64,000 nucleotides of DNA. Origin: Heterodontus francisci (taxonomy: Eukaryota). Shown piece by piece: positions 61,227 to 64,000 of the stretch. Location: NCBI RefSeq assembly GCF_036365525.1, contig NC_090404.1:3472001-3536000 (forward strand), given 5' to 3'. Positions within the stretch are counted from its first letter, which is position 1, and every line of letters begins with the position of its first letter. The translations under genes and the position numbers were made by a program. Below the pieces are notes generated by a model. The model was not told where the DNA came from. It ran no database searches and saw nothing but the letters and a program-made list of their open reading frames with translations.

Positions 61227-62170
61227 TTAATTTAGTGGCGATTATGATCCTGTCCCGGAGAAAGTGCGGACTCTCCACCTGCACCACTCGCTACCTGGTG
61301 TCCATGGCAATAGCGGATCTACTGGTCATTATCACTGAGGTCATACTGCTCCGGATCAATTATTATTATTTCCCAGGATCTTTCCTGGACATCACCCCTG
61401 TGTGTACAGTTATGCACGTACTGATTAATGCAGCCACGGACTGTTCTGTCTGGCTCACTGTCACGTTCTCCTTTGATCGATTTGTCGCCATTTGTTGCCA
61501 GAAGCTGAAAACAAGATATTGCACTGAAAAATCGGCAGCTGCTGTTGTGGCAACAACCTGCATTCTGCTCTGTTTAAAAAACATCCCTTACTACTTTACA
61601 TATGAACCTGGAGAGATAATCGACAATGTACCATGGTTCTGTTATGATAAGCCTAGCTATTTTACTGAGCCCGGATGGGTGGGAATGGATTGGTTTGACA
61701 AAGTTTTAACTCCATTGCTTCCATTCCCTTTAATTCTGTTGCTCAATGCTCTGACAGTCAGATACATTTTAGTAGCCAGTCGGGTCCGTAAGGGACTGAG
61801 GGGTCAGAGCAAGGGAGAGAAATGCAGTGACCCAGAGATGGAGAGCAGAAGGAAGTCTGCTATTTTACTCTTCACCATTTCGGGCAGCTTCATACTTCTG
61901 TGGTTGTCATATGTTATAGATTTTTTATATTACAACATTGCAGGTACAGCTCCCAACAATTACAATGCTTCTTTATATATCTTTGGACAAGTCGGATTTA
62001 TGCTGCGGACCTTAAATTGCTGCACGAACACATTTATTTATGGGGTGACACAGTCCAAGTTCAGAGAGCAGTGCAAGAGCATAGTGAAATATCCGGTTAC
62101 ATCAATTATTCAGTTGATCGCTAAACAAAATAACAGAGAGCAACGCAGAGGCGGGTCCCAGTGTTCCTAG
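61227..62170 (+). CDS. Orphan class A GPCR (GPR139/GPR142-like) gene 2, coding exon 2; spliced protein 336 aa, intact
   Basis: Acceptor CTTCTCCCTCTTACAG|TT; YLVSMAIADLL, FSFDRFVAIC, PWFC, LPFPLILLLNALT, FILLW, NCCTNTFIY, KFREQ. Confidence 0.93.
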
Positions 62171-62199
62171 GCCATGAATGTAATATTCATCCACAGATT

Positions 62200-63250
62200 T
62201 CCTTCAACTAAATGACACCAGGAATCCTTTTCGACCTGTCTGCAGCCTTTGACACACTATCCTCTTCCTGCACCTCTCCATTATTGTCCTGTTGGATGGA
62301 GCTGTATTCGGCTGGTTCTATTCTTATCTATCTAACCACAGCAAGAGGATCGCTATCAATGGCTTCTCTTCCCTATCCCGCATCTTACTTGCTCCTCTCT
62401 TTTTTTTTATCTACATGCTGTCTCTCACCTGCAATGTCCGGTTTCACATGTATGCTGATAACACTCAGCTCTACCTCACCACCACATTTTTTGTTATCAC
62501 GTTTGCTTTGTTGAAAGTATCAGGCTACTTTTCCGACAACCAGTACTGGGTGAGCAGAAATTTCCTCCAACTAATATGGGAAGACAGAAACCATTGTCTT
62601 CGGCCCCTGCTATAATTCTATACCCTAGCTACTGAGTCCTGCCCTCTCCCTGGTAACTGTATGTGACTTAACCAAACAGTTTTCAATCTTGGTATCACAT
62701 TTGACACCTGCATGAACTTCCAACCACATATCAGCGACATCACTAAAACCTATTTCCACGACTGCACAACATTGCACAACTTTGTCCCTCCCTCAGTTGA
62801 ATCCTGCTAAAACCTAAATTCATGCGTTTGTTACTTCTAGACCTAATTATTCCAATGCACTCGTCAACAACAACCCACAATCAACTTCAATAAACTTAAG
62901 GTTGTCCCAAACTCTGCTGCCCGTCCTTATCCCACCAATTCCTTTTCGTCTATCACCTCTGCTCTCGCTGACCTACTTTAGCCCCCAGTCAAGCAATGCA
63001 TCGATTTTAAACTGTTAATCCTTGTTTTCAAAACTCTCCATGACCTCTCCCTTCATTATATATGTAAAATCATCCAGCTACGACAAAACTCTCTACATGT
63101 ATAACTTTCTGAAGCCCCTACAACCCTCTGAGATATCTTCTCTCCTCTAATTCTGGCCTCTTGCACAACCCTAATTTCAAAGACTCTACTATTAGCGGTC
63201 GAACTTCCAGCTGACAGGGCAGTAATCTCTGGAAATCCCTTCCTAATCGT
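62200..63250 (+). mobile_element. Degraded L2 LINE RT/3' fragment
   Basis: LFDLSAAFDT, WFYSYLSN, MYADNTQLY. Confidence 0.8.
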
Positions 63251-63404
63251 CTCTGCATCTCTTTATCTCTCTCTCTCTCTCATCCTATTGAAAGCTAGTT
63301 GCATGAAACTATCACTGATTGTGGTAAAAGCCCATTTGGTTCACTAATGTCCTTTGAGGATTGAAATCTGCCATCCTTACCAGGTCTGGCCTACATACGA
63401 ACAT

Positions 63405-64000
63405 AAATAGATACAAATTAGGAGCAGAAGTAGGACATTCGACCCCTCAAGCCAAGTTCGACCGGTGTCTGCGTGGGTTTCCGCCGGGTGCTCCAGTTTC
63501 CTCCCACAGCCAAAGACTTGCAAGTTGATAGGTAAATTGGCCATTGTAAATTGCCCCTAGTGTAGGTAGGTGGTAGGAGAATGGTGGGGATGTGGTGGAG
63601 AATATGGGGTTAATGTCGGATTAGTATAAATGGGTGGTTGTTGGTCGGCAGAGACTCGGTGAGCCGAAGGGCCCGTTTCAGTGCTGTATCTCTAAACAAA
63701 TAAAAAAATAAATAAATAAAAGCCTGCTCCACCATTCAATAAGACCATAGCTGATCTGTTAGTGTTTCACACTCCCACCTGCCCGCGATAACTTTTGAAT
63801 CACTTGTGTAACAAGAATCTGTCTAACTCCACCTTAAAAATATTCAGTGACCAGTCTCCACCTCCTTCTGAGGCAGAGAGTTCCGAAGCCGCACAACCCT
63901 CTGAGAGAAAAAAAAATTCTCCTCGTCTCTGTCCTAAAAGGGCGACCCATAATTTTCAAGCAGTGACCACAAGTTCGGGGCTCACCTACAAGAGGAAACA
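63405..64000 (-). mobile_element. CR1 3' fragment with a nested HE1-like SINE piece (63466-63720, + strand)
   Basis: CR1 3' UTR motifs on either side of the V-SINE core and its A-rich tail. Confidence 0.75.

Noticed and set aside
40902-62170. Chimeric V-GPCR splicing through the shared phase-1 junctions
   Set aside because: GPCR exon 1 supplies half of TM1, the only + strand V has a stop and no donor, and no J is present

Overview
Repeat-rich vertebrate genomic DNA, most likely a cartilaginous fish (shark), inferred from HE1/V-SINE-type and Deu-SINE-type SINEs, CR1 and L2-like LINE families and the GPCR type. Well over half is transposon debris (CR1, a CR1-supergroup L2/Crack-like LINE, L2, RTE, Penelope-like elements, SINEs, MITEs, minisatellites). 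The host-gene content is the notable part. Two intact two-exon class A orphan GPCR genes (GPR139/GPR142-like; + strand; 8244-16267 and 56098-62170) bracket four T-cell receptor alpha/delta-type V segments, each ending in a heptamer-23 bp-nonamer RSS. One V is intact with a spliced leader. One is an open-frame V with two extra cysteines and no convincing leader. Two are pseudogenes whose leader appears fused to the V exon, and one of these is inverted relative to the other three segments. No D, J or C exons were found. Other notable items: a near full-length single-ORF LINE whose 5' end is a tRNA-type SINE head, with two SINE copies that look like independent internal deletions of it; a previously unlabelled TIR element swollen by nested CR1s directly upstream of the inverted V; Penelope-type minimal hammerhead ribozyme motifs; and CTCF-like motifs. 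All calls were made by eye, with no database searches. Repeat boundaries are approximate.
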